Below are positions 13,345 through 25,611 of a stretch of 64,000 bases of DNA, in pieces. How positions within the stretch are numbered: position 1 is the first letter of the stretch; each line of letters starts with the position of its first letter. The position numbers were made by a program, and so were the translations under genes. The notes beneath the pieces were generated by a model. It did not search any database. It had not been told where the DNA came from and was given only the letters and a program-made list of their open reading frames with translations. Source of the stretch: Raillietiella orientalis (Eukaryota); the NCBI GenBank assembly GCA_036172245.1, contig JAYWIR010000004.1, positions 6,510,001 through 6,574,000 on the forward strand. The letters are read 5' to 3'.

Positions 13345-16300
13345 TTCATCAAAGATTCAGACATTTCCAGTAAATCTCTTGTATCAAGGAACTCTAGAGC
13401 ATGAAATGTTGCTGGGAACCAACCAACATTACATGAAAAAAGGCAGGAAGAGAACTGTTAAGAGAAAACAAAATCACTCTAAAAGACGCATCTGATTTTT
13501 GGTGGTTATTAGAAAACAGGCAAAAGCTCTTCTCTAACTACGACAAAATAAAATGAAGGGTAGCTTCTAAAGAACATTATAGAAGAGCCATATATTCCAC
13601 TGATTTCAGCATTCGAGGATGGAAAAAAAATGGCAGCGTGGTCATCGTACGTCGAGTATAAAAAGTCCGAGAAAAGCAGAGGGTACTCGGGGAAAATACG
13701 GAAAGGGATCGCATTAGATATCCACAGGGTGTTTTCTCTTTTTCTGCTAATGCCGTTGTCCTACTGGTCGCCATAACATCGCCTGTGAAAATCTCACGTG
13801 GAGCGCCTTTTGGATCGATGGCCGCTCATTTTTCAGAAGCATCTCGAGAGAGCGCACACTCACACACAAAAAAAGACGGAATCAAATGGAAGTCTTCCAA
13901 CAAAAATACCAAAAACAGGGATCTCAATCTGTGCCTCCGACCCCAGCAAGCGGAGGCCGCAGATGGAAGAAATCATCTTCATCCACTTGCTAATGAGGTT
14001 CCCAATTCGCGAAGGAGAAAGCCAAGAGTTTACCATAATGTCCACACAATCACGGACCCTCTAGCTGTCTTCCGTGACAAGAGCGCATTATGTCTTTTCA
14101 TGGTTCGTACGAGCCAGGAAATACTCCGCGATGCGCCATCAATCATAACCGAAAGTGTCAAGGAAATCTCAGAAATGCGAAATTCGAATAATTGGGAACA
14201 GGACTTGTTAACGAGAGCCGGACGCGATGTTCTTGCAGCTCAGGGAAAGGAACCAAAGGGTCGGTTGGAGATCGGACTGATCAAGATGCGCCTGTCGTGC
14301 TGCCGGGTCGAAGTTTATAGGACCTTGGGGTTCCGTGCGTACAGCGAAGTGTCCCTCTCAAGAGAGAGCAAAATCATCATCGCTTGCAGCTCGACTCCAT
14401 CAAGTCCTGGAAAGCTGAACTTTCTTCCGTGCATGCTGAGCGCTTCTCATGAAGCAAAAGGAGCACCTCATCTTCGCTTTCTCGAGACATCTCGCTCGGG
14501 AAAGCGAAACTTCCCATCGGGACGCGCGGCTTCATGGAAAGGCGAGAAAAGGCTTCTGGATGGGTCTTAAAATCAAAAAAAAAAGAAAGGAAAGCCAGGA
14601 ATCTTCTTTTATGAGAGTAAGCAAACCTGTAGAAGAAAAAAAAAAATGGAAGAGAGTGCGGTTTCATCTTGAGGATACACGCAGATTGCGAACGATGGAG
14701 CACTTTCTGCAGAACAGCTGATTGACCCAATCGACCTCGAGATAGTCTTTAGACAGAACGGACGATCTGCAATGGAGAAAGGCGAAATTTCAAGAGGCTG
14801 AGGTTTTCTTCCCGTTGGAAGCATCCTGCAGGAATGAAACGCTCTCTCACGCGTACCTCGGTGTCGTTACACCAGGAGCACACGAAACCCAAAGCATTCA
14901 CTCCGCGTCGGGATGAAGGACGACATGCGGGGTGCTCTTCTGTACGCATCCCTGCGTAATCTCTGGAGCTGCGTCTCGATTCGGCAAAGGCCGCGAACAG
15001 AACGGGAAGTGTCTGTGGGGTAGAGCAATGGCACGCGAGCAGGCCTAGCGATCCAAGCGAGGCGTGCGAGACGTCGCCGTGTAGCTCGTCCTCGCCCTTC
15101 CTTTCGTCCGGAGGACGAAAAACGTGGGCATTCTACAGCACGATCTTGGAAACTTCCCTGATCCTGCTGAGGAAAGTTAGAGGACCTTCGACATCGACGA
15201 AAGAACAAAGCTCTCCTAACGAAAGCTGGACCGTTCCTATCCTACACGGCATCCAGAAGACACTTCTGATAGTACGCGGACATGATGGCGGCTCGAATCT
15301 TTGTCCTAAGGGCGGATCCAGACATTCGGTGCCGAGTTTAATAAGAATAAGGACGTTGCACAAGCTCCAACTCGTACATTCACGGCGAGACCCGAGACGT
15401 CCTTTCGGCCTTCTTCAGACAACCCGTTTTTCGCTGGTTGAAAATCTGGAATTTGAGCAGCAAAGAGCAAATCGTTGCCGAAAGACGGAGAAATTCGCGG
15501 ATCCGGAGGAAGAAGTGGTTTTCTTCGTTGCTATACACTCTCATTACACGGAACGGACATCGCTCAAACACAACTCGAGCTCCAAGACGCTGAGAGAAAT
15601 GGGGTTGGACACGTGGGACTCTGGAAGAACAGATGTGCCTGAAAGCTCCGCTTCAGAATTTCGTCCCGCCGCTGGATGCAAGCCTCGCAAAGGACCTCGC
15701 AGCGTGCACACTTCTGGAGATGAATTCTGAGGTTTCTCGCACATCTCTCCCCTTGCTCTCCGATCAGCACCTTCTCAAATTTCCTCGGTTGAAGCAAAGT
15801 CAGGGGGTTCTCGTGTCCGAGTTGCTTTGGAGCAGGGAGAGCACGTATGCGACCCTGTTCCCTCCTACCCTGGCTCGTTGGCCATTCAATCGTTCGAATA
15901 TCTCCGCTCCGGAGTCTGTGTCATACCTGATGCTTGCATCGAGTTTGGTTTGTGAAAGCGTAATCGCGACAAGAGCAATGAGGACAGATGACATTCCCTT
16001 GAAGGAGACTCGTCCAGAGCAAGGAGGATTCGACAATGTTCCGGAAATGCAAGAAAGAGGATGCTGGATCGTGGAAACGTGAGGAGAAGGGCACTGGGAG
16101 AAACAGAGACCATCTTTCCACAACGTTCTTGATGGACGGGGAGGCGCGAGATCGAGGTCTGTCACTGCTCGCAGCAGCACTCCGAGTCGTGCTGCGCAGA
16201 AACCCCCTGCTGTCGTCTGCAGCCGCAGAGCAGCCACTACCGCCACCATCATACTCTTCTTCTTCCACCTTATCCGCTACCCGGCTCCATCGTTCGATCC

Positions 16301-17271
16301 CTCCCTCTTCATTCTTCGAAGAACGTGGTTTCGAAGAATTGGATTTCCGACCCTCGCCTTCTCCGTTGGAAGCGCTGACTGCGACAGGGCTTCGTTGCAC
16401 AGCACCAGAACAACTCGTCTTAACGACGAAACTCCGTCAGCGGAAGAGGGACTGTCCTCCTAGCCTTCTCCATGCTACGGACAGTGACGAAGGTGGTCAT
16501 CGTCTGCATCGTGAAACGGCTGAGGGTCAAAGGAACTGAGTTTAATGACCCCATCCCTTTCCACTATTATTTATTTTTTATTTATTGGTTACGCGCGCTC
16601 CTCTTTGTGCTCTACACTCCTCCCTTTCCCTAAGCCGAGTGCGTCGACGGCGCGTTTTTCTTTCCCTCCTTTCGTTCTTACTGTGTACACGTCGAAGATG
16701 TGTACGCACACGCTTGATAGATGAATGCCCCAGCATGACCAAGTGAAACCGCCAGCTCTTCATCACACATGGAGGAGGTCTCATGAGCAAGCTGAGCTCT
16801 TCGTGACCGGGGCGAGCTGCCTCTCTTGTCTTGAAATATGCTGGCGCGTCTCGAACGCCTTTGCTTCCTGAAACCAGGAACTTTAATCATCCAACTCTGT
16901 CTTGATGTCCACCCCGTTGTTGAAGCTTCCGGGCTGCACTCTTTCCCACATTTTGATGGTGCGATGAGAGTTGCTCCTACTGAGGATCACAGGCTCCCCG
17001 GTAATTGTTCAGTTGCGATAATTGGGTCGTTTTCAGGATGCTTAATTATCACGATTGTAGCAGCTACCCGTCTACGCAGCAGACACCTCCAGCCGCGGCG
17101 TGCTGCACCCTAACGGAGGAAAGGAGGATCTCGACGGATGACCGAAAAACTGGTGCAGGGTCCTTGCGCGGAAGAACGATGCAGATTCCCTGTAGGGATG
17201 GTGCTCCAGCTATCGGCTGGTTAGTTATTTCTCCTTGCAGGCAGGAGGTCGCGGAGCGTGAATTCCTTCTA

Positions 17272-17689
17272 TCATGCATGGCCTAGAGAAGAACCACTTC
17301 CTCCTCCTCGTCGTCCTTCCTGCGAACCTGTGAACCACCTGTTGTTCCAAGGTGTTGCGAAAAACGCTCTGCCTCTCTCTCCGAGAGCGGGAATCGACCA
17401 CGAATTCGTGAGCCGGCGAGAACTAGTATCCTCCGTGGATCTCGGCATCTCGAAAGGTTGCCCGCTCGCTCCGAAAACACACGATTTTTCGTTTGAATGA
17501 GATGCTGAAGAATTCATTCCGTTATGAAATGTCCTCTTTTTTTCCTACAAGCCAAAAAAAGAAGAAGATAAGAAAGAAAGAAAAGGAAAAGGAAAAAACG
17601 CGTGCAAGAACACGCCGAGTGTCGTCACCTCGTTTCATCTGGAGAACCAAGAAACAGAGCCAAGACTTCCTTTTCATCTCCCCCCTCCT

Positions 17690-17721
<32 letters not shown>

Positions 17722-19044
17722 TGTTTTTCTCTGCCTGCTTTGGTGCAGTCTGTTTTTTGAGCTCGAAAGTGTCGTTTCGTCCGAGAGACCGGAGCTCGAA
17801 GACATTTTATGCGCTCTAAAGAATTCCTTCAAAAGGAAAAAAACGCTCTGAAATCCTTTCCTCATCCCCGTCATTGTTTTTCGGAACAGAGAAGGAACCA
17901 AACTGCTTCACTTATCTTGAAATCTAGGAGAAATTCCAGGGTTTTTTTTTTTTTTTAGGGGGGGGGGGGAGAGGGGAGGGGGGAGGTCTGTTGTTTGTTG
18001 TTGCTAATCACCTTCTTGATGCATGGGTTTGCCGAGACCTGAGGAATTCGGCATCCTTTCTTCCAATCCTCTGCTTCGCTCGCGCGCCAAGCTGATGCAA
18101 ACAGCAGATGGATGCGGAGATTCAGCATTGCGATGATGCAGTTGATAGACCTCGCGTGACAGCAGCTATGCCGCGCTGTCCCAGCCACACCGTGGGCACG
18201 ACGGAACCAGAAACGCCGCCATCGAAAGACCGCGGCCCGCATTCTCGGACGCCGGCGAACGCAAAAGAAATCATCCATCTGTCGACTTCTGAAAAGGGAA
18301 GGAGGGGGACGAGGAGGAGGAGGAGGAGGGCGACCCCTGCACTTACCATGGAGCGAGGTGTGCAGGCTGGCGAGTGGCACGATCGAATCGAAAAGATCTG
18401 AAAAGCGACCGGCAGTGAATTGGATGCCAGCGAAAGGTACAGGGCCATCGTGATAATGTCAAGATAATGGACTGTTACAAAGGACTGCCTGGAAAAACTG
18501 GCTAAATCCAAGGCATTAGAGATAACGCGCTTTTCGCCCCTATTACATCCTTTTTCCGAGGGAAGCCTTCCCCCCTGCTCGGATCCTCGTTGTTCGTTAT
18601 TCATAAGGGTGAACTGTTTCGTCATAAATTAAAATGAATTTTTCCCCCTCTCCGAGCTCAGATGTTTGAAGAGATTATAGAGTGTGTCGTTTTTTTGTGT
18701 GTGTGTGTATTTTTTTTTTTTTTTTTTTACCGATACTCCGTGCCCTTTCGAGGAGGTTGCGTCATTTAAGCGGCGAAGAGTACGATCGCACCGTGTGGTA
18801 ACCCAGATGGCCGCTGTTTCATTCGGATGGGCGTCGGTAGCTCTCGCTTCGCGTCTTGAGAGCTGCAGAAGACAAAAGCGACCTAACGTGTCTTCTCGCT
18901 TGTCGAACGTTCGAAGCGTTCGCTCCCTTCTCCGCGAAACCCTTGGACCGCCTGGCTCCTCCGCTTGATTTTTTTTTTTTTTTGCCGACTTACTGACACA
19001 CTCACGTCACGTGCGTGAAATTCGCGGAGGCGGAAGCCATCCAT
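17272..19044 (-). CDS. speculative 3-exon orphan ORF (~120 aa), or 5' exons of a larger minus-strand gene
   Basis: Exons 19044-19006 (MDGFRLREFHARD, donor GTGAGT; in-phase alternative donor GTAAGT 12 nt further), 18397-18347 (TTTTCAG acceptor, IFSIRSCHSPACTPRSM, GTAAGT donor), 17544-17272 (long polypyrimidine tract + TAG acceptor, open to TGA). All junctions are phase 0. Clustered minus-strand AATAAA at ~16568-16586. No homology recognised. Confidence 0.2.
17694..17720. repeat. (GT)n microsatellite
   Basis: uninterrupted gtgtgt run. Confidence 0.95.
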
Positions 19045-22000
19045 ACCGCTGTTGTTGCAGGGAACCTCCTTTCGAGCGTGTCCCCGGCTCACTTGGTTCC
19101 GAGTGGCTCTCCGACCTCGTGTGCCGCGACACAAGCCTCCGAGGCTGACCTTCCGGCACCCACTCCCACCCGTTGCATCCGTATCCCCCTCCCCTCCTTC
19201 CCTGCAAAAGATCCCGCTCCCCTCCGCGCCAGCGTCGAGAGAGAGGCAGCCAGGCTGACCTTCCCGAAGCAGATTCGCAGCTCCGCGTCCCGCCCGCTTA
19301 GGTTCCTTTCTCCCTCTCGCTGGCGCGGAACGAGCGAAAACCGGTGGCCACCACCTCGTGCCCCGGATTCCCGTCGGAGAATGGCGGTAGTCTCGGCTCT
19401 GGTCTATCCACCCTCTCCCACCGGCGCGCAGGACGGGCTCCCGGGAAGCGAGGAACGCTTCGCACTTTCGCGAAGGCGGCCGCATGGTGGCGTCCGGGGA
19501 AGGGGTTTGGTGTTTCGAGTTCCTCCCGCAGGATGGCGCTGCTGAGCTTCTGTTGACTTCGAATGCGGCACCGGTGCAAACAGCCAGAAATCGGGTGTCC
19601 CCGTTGACTGACTGGCATCGGAAGCCGACCCTTCAGGGTCCTTCCAAGAATCAAGCAGTCCTTCAGTTCTTTTCCGGTTATGAAAATGGAGCCGTCTTCT
19701 CCTTCCCTCAGGGGGTGGACCTTCATCTCGTACCACGGAAGGGGTGCCTGTGATGCGACAACGTTTCACAAGGAGGAAGGGGGGGGTTTCAAAGAAGAAA
19801 AAAAAGGAAAACCAAGGTTTAGTGTGCTAAAAGATTTCTGGAGTTCGCCAAAAGAGGGAAGCCGGCTGGAATTTCGACGCTCCGCGTCCGCGCGAAGCTT
19901 GGAGAACGAAAGAGGTGTGAAAATCAGCGAGCGCCGCCTTCATCGAGCACTTGCAAGAGATAACCGCAGCTTCCTCCAGGTAGAAATGTTCGTACACACG
20001 ATCGTACCATGAGGTTGGATGATGCACGCCGCGGGGGCTGTTTCTCCAGAGTGCCAGAAGCGCCCTTCAGAGAAATCGGGAAGCGTCCCTTCGGAGTTCT
20101 CTTCAGAGGAGGAGGAGGAAACCAGGAGCGGTTTCCTTCGGAGAAGTGAGGAGTGGTCACCTCTGGGAGATTCCTCGGGAGAGATTACGAAAGAGCTTCC
20201 CTTTGGAGTTCCCTTCGGGGACAACCGGGGTAGAGGGTTGGTTTCCTTCCAGGTTCCCTACCAAGCATGAGAGAGGAACGGACTCATTCCTCCGGAGCCC
20301 TTTCTGGATTCATAGAGGTCTCTCTGGGATTGCCCCCTGACTTGAAGAGTCTCACGCACCCTCGGGCGGCGTGGGCGGTGCTTAAAGAGCTTCGTGTGCC
20401 CCTCCTCAAGGGGGTGAACAGTTCTCCAACACTCAGCGGACCAAAAAAAGAAAAAGCCGGAAGGAAAGCAGCGAAAACACTTTGTGGTGAAGTGAAATTT
20501 GAAGAAACCTCGGATTTGAGATCCTATGGAGCAGTCGGCAGTCGTTTCGCTCGCCCTCCCGTAAGTGGGAGGGAGAGCGAAACGTTCTCCTAGCATAGTC
20601 AGTAGGCGAACATGTATAAGAGCTTGTATCAGAACGTACGTGGGAGCGGTAGAAAAAAGATGAGTAAGGGGGGATAGATTCAGCACAGTGTGCCACTTCG
20701 GGCACGTTTGCATCACTGGCAGACCAGCGAGCCTCCTGGAAGAGGAAAAAAAGGACCGCGAGGCCGCGCGTTCGATCGCCACCCACCCATGCAGAAGAGG
20801 ACATGCGGGGGCCTCAACGGACAGTGCAGTTCCCTTCCCTTCGGTGGCGCCCCCGAACTCTTGGGACCCGCCTCGGGGAGCAAGAACAAAGCGGACACTT
20901 CGTCTCTGAACTCGGGACAGCTTCCCCGGCTCTTGGATACCGCGCACTCTGCTGCATGTGATGGATAACCAAGACAATTTCATGTCACCTTTGCGTCCTC
21001 CTTTCTTTGTGACTCTTTGCTTTCTTTCTTTTGCCTCTCTCTCTCTCCTTTTTTTTTTTTTTTTGCTAAATTTTCTTCCTCCCTCTTTGACCATGAGGTC
21101 AAATCGAGATTTTAAGTGGCAATCATAAAACCATGAATGGCTATAACTAGAAGAAATCACCATGAACCATTCACTAGAGCTCATCAGGAGCTTCTCACCT
21201 GGGAGAAGCTGCGATTAGCTCTTACAATTGTTCGATGTGGGCGGTGCTCACTGATTTTCACGCCTCTTTCGTACTCCAAGCCCCTCGCGGACGCGGATTG
21301 CCAAAATTCCAGCCGGATTCCCTCGTTTGGCCAACTCCAGAGATCTTTTAGCATACCAATCCTTCATCTCCCTTTTTTTTTTCTTCTTCCTTGCAGCTTC
21401 CCTCCTCCCTTGTGACATCACAGGCACTCCTTTCGTGCTTTCCTCCTAAAGGTGGTTTTGACTCTTCTCGGCGAGGTTTGTCTAACTTCAGGGTGGCCGC
21501 CAACCGCGCGCGACTTCGTCGCGAGTGCCTTCCGACGTCGAGAAACCGCTAACTGAAATCCTAATGCTGTAAGTACCTGCAATATGGAAGATGCTGGCTT
21601 CCTCTAGGTGGGGAGATGCTGGCGAGCTCAAGGATGGGTGGTTGATGGATGGGTTCCTCCCCAAATGATGTTATTCGGGGTGAGTGAGGGTTGATGGGTT
21701 GAGGCTCAAAGGTGAGGATGAAGGGATCGAGGACGGAATTTTAAAGATACGGTCCTGCAGGATGCAGGGACGACATAAGCAGCAGCAAAAATGCAGAGGA
21801 AGGCAACAGTAGTGGATCCCAGAAATATTTGGTACTTTTGTTTCTCTTCCTCCTATCGGAAAATCTCTTGCTCGTCAGCTGCGTTTGCTCACTCTGGGCT
21901 ACAAGAAACGAGACCTCGTGGACGCTCGTCCTGCCCTCTCAGCGCTCATCGCTTGCCCATGTCGTAGGCTCAAAATCATCTTGAATTAAGCGAAACGTCG

Positions 22001-25000
22001 GCAAAGTGCGACCAGCCATGAACTTCGAAATCCGCGCGGGGCATCCCGGCGGATGCGAGCTGCCTGTTCCCAGTTCCGGACATGCACACCTGTTGCTGAG
22101 TTTCTCATTCTTGAGGACAGGCGAACTGTTCCTTCCCAATAAAGGACTCTCTGCTTCCTCGTGTCACAGCTTCATGCGCATCGAGTTGCCGTTCCTACAG
22201 CCCAGACGTGCGGAAAACCGTCTTTCTTTTCCCTTCGACATCGGGACTTTTCTGGAGAGTCATTCTTCAGCAAGTGGAAGCCTCCGACGAACGAAATAAA
22301 CGCCGGACATTTCAAGATGGCAGATCCGACGTGGCCAATCGAGGAGCTCACCTTCGACACACGGATGGTGCGAGGCTCGGATTTGCTGCTGGGGCGCTTG
22401 CGAGGCAAGGTTCCTTCCCCCCCCTCCTCGCCCTGCACTGGTCAGCATCGCGCGCCCAGACACTTCTTGCACTCTGGGAATACCCTGAGATGTGAGCGCC
22501 ACTCCGTGAGCGTGTTGCCCGACCGGGTCCTCGCCAGCGGCGGCCGCAAGAAGCGGTAGACGTCGGACGACGCCCCGAAGGTGCTCGACGCAGGAAGAGT
22601 CCTTGGAACGCGTCCTCCAACGCCACTGAGTGCGAAATCCCAATGTGGTCATTGAGGGTCTGAGCGTCCTGAGAACCTCAGGGAGGCAACAGCGCAAGGA
22701 GGATGAAACCTGGTGGCCTGCCTGCCCCAGTCGAGCCCGGGGGACGAATCAAAACTCCGACTGGACCTCGCGGTGCTCCGGAGCACGCTGAGATCTCCTG
22801 CCCGTGAGAGGGTTCGGCAGCAGCGTGGGAGGAAGGGGGATAAAGAAAAGGGGCCAGATGCGGGAAACTTTTCCCGGTCCCTCCTTGGAGCAAGAGGAGA
22901 GAGTGCCGACTTTGGCAAGGGCATTGGAGGATCAGTCCTTGACTCAGAGGAAGGTGAGATGCTCAGGAAACTTCGGATTCTTAGCGCGCTCGGGGAGAAC
23001 CCGCGAAGAGCAGGATGCTGCGCGCAGGTTTTCAGGCGTATTCGGGCCCTTCGTGCCCTTGATCAGCATCCAGGATGGGCAACGGCCCGCCCGTACCTCC
23101 GGTAGGATAGCGGGATGGAGGAAATCGCCTTAGCACTTGCTGCATGCACTGAAACGGAGTGAAACCATGGCGACGCTCCCTTGCGTTGGCACTTTTTCAA
23201 CTCCTTGAACCCTGTATCCTTCCCTGCTTCCCGATCTACGGTGTTTCCACAGTGTAAGGAGGATGAGTATGTGAGGATCACGACGCGGGGGTGGGAGGAA
23301 AGAGGCCAACGGAGGCTCCGGCGTCGGAGTGCCGGAGGGAGGGGGCGCGTTTTCGTAGCCGCGCCCTGCGGCGATCACGCACCCGCGCTGCTGCGGCTCG
23401 ACGTCGCAGAGTCGACGAGCAAGAAATCGCAGAAGCGACAAGGAACCTTTGGTCCCGACAGGACGCCAGAGCATCCGCAGGCATCACGGTGGAAGTTCCG
23501 TCCCCATCGATCGGGAGCGCCGCGGCTCACTTGCCACTGTGGCACCCGGGCGAGTCCCTGACCTCTGGGAAGACCTCTGGCCAGGCTCTTCGTCAGCTCC
23601 CCGGCTCGTACCAATGCAGTTTTCCGTCCCGTCGTTTTTTCTTCCGTCTTTCGCTTGCCTCTGCTCAACACCTTTGCTCTCCTCCGCGACTCTGAACTCC
23701 TCCCCTCTCTCCCAGCTTCCCGCGGACTGAGCGTCTTCGAGCTCCTTGGCTCCCGGCGATTTATCATTCCCTCCTGAGAAGGCTTCAAAGCCTTCCTTGA
23801 TGTGCTTTCCTTCGAGCGCTCCTTCCAGACGCAAGAGGGGAAGAAGGAAAGGCAAAAAGATCCATCGGAGGGAAGGATTGAATTCCTCCTTCCTCCTGGT
23901 AGTTCCTCGTGCAAGGGTTCCTGGACGCGGGAGAGAGAATTCCGGAAGCCGGATGACAACAGTGACTGCATTTTCATCTTCCTTCGTGTTTTTCTGGATC
24001 GCCCATAGGCTCCCGGATGGTGCGATGTGGGCGGGACCGCCTTTCCTTCCAGGATGCCTCGCCCTTCTCTGGAGCCAGGGAACGAACAGATAAAATCCAG
24101 GTGACCGGATGCCGTCCAGAGTTGTGGCCAGGTCTGCGGCAGCAGGGCGCATCTGAGAGAGCACCCCACGTCTCATTCCATCTTCATCGTGGTGGCTGTG
24201 GACTCCTGTAATAATTCGTTGGGAACGAGAGGAGGGTTCATCTGCTATCTCCGTTCCACATGGTATTGAAATGATAAGCGAAGAATCCCAGGGGAAGAGG
24301 AAGGGGGGGGGGGAGAAGAGAGGGGAAGGAATGAGGATCTTCCACAAGCGCAAAGAGCAAGAAGAAACAAGGACAGTCCCTGCACTGAGGGACGAAGAGC
24401 GAGAACCACCAGGCCGGAGAGGCTGCAAGAGGGCTCAGGGGAAGCGAAGTCGAGCCCCGGCTTCTGCGGCCGGCAATTCGAAGCGCATAGGTCAGGAGAG
24501 AGACCAACGCTCGTAGGAGGTCTCTGAGACAAATCGACCCCACTAAGACCACAGTGAGGGGACGGTGGCCGGCTTCCGCCTTTCCACATCACCTCTCCTG
24601 AGACGGGGGAGGTCACCTCAACATCCCGTTTCCGGCTTCTCGTTCAGCAGCGTCGGGACCCGCCTGCTCGCCAAAAGATCAAGCGGAAGCCGAACCTCTT
24701 CCCGGATACCGAGCAGAGCACGTCGTGTGGTGTGCAGTGGGACTGCGGGAGGAGTCCGTAGGGACGAAAGGGCAGTGAAAAGACGACGAGAAAGCAGACT
24801 CCATCGTCCCCCGACACCTTCCCGTACGTTCCTCGAGGCTCCCGTCGCTCGAGGCAAGGAGTGGTCCTCTGTTGGGGCCAGTCTCACCAGAGGTTACCCG
24901 GCAGCAGGGAACGAGGGCCACGGGAACGAGAGGCGGAAGAGCAGCAGCACAGGGACGAGCACAGGAGGGGGGGGCTCTCGCCGCTGACGAGCTGCCGGGA

Positions 25001-25512
25001 AGCCACATGGGGAGCAGAGCGAGGCGGTGAGAGCACTTCTAGGGCAAGCAAACACTCAGCGCGAGGTCATCTCGGGGCGTCCTGTCTTCCGTCTTGTGAG
25101 AAAGAACCCTGCTCTCCTGACTCCGGCAATGGGCGCCACAGTCGAGCAGGAGCCGTAGAACGGGCCTTCCCCTATCCTCCCCCTACCCTGCGCGGTTTCA
25201 AGGGAGGAAGAGGAGTGAAGGGAGATGAGCCTTTCCTATCCTTTCCCTCCTCCCCGCCTCTGTCGCACGTGATGGTGACATCCGCTGCACGCCAGCCTCC
25301 CGCGAGCTCCGGGGTGTGGCCGGCGCGAGAGGAGGCGGACGGCGCCGCGCCGCCAGAGTCTCGGTGTTGTCGCCTACTCCAAGGGCACTTGGTGCACGCC
25401 CATTTGAGGCAGCGAGACTTGCCGGAAACGCCCCCTCTCCAGATGTCTATCGGAAGGCTCCGCGAAAGCATCTCTGGAGGCGTTCCTGGTTCGTTTCGGG
25501 ACCAGGCCTTGG

Positions 25513-25611
25513 CTTCTTCTTTCTTTCTTCCTCCTCTCTCCCTACTCCTCCTTCCCTCCTTTTCCTCTTTCCTTCCTCCCTCTCCTCCTCCTTCTCTTTC
25601 CTTCTTCTCCT
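25513..25611. repeat. 99-nt polypyrimidine/polypurine tract
   Basis: only C/T on + except one A at 25534. Confidence 0.9.
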
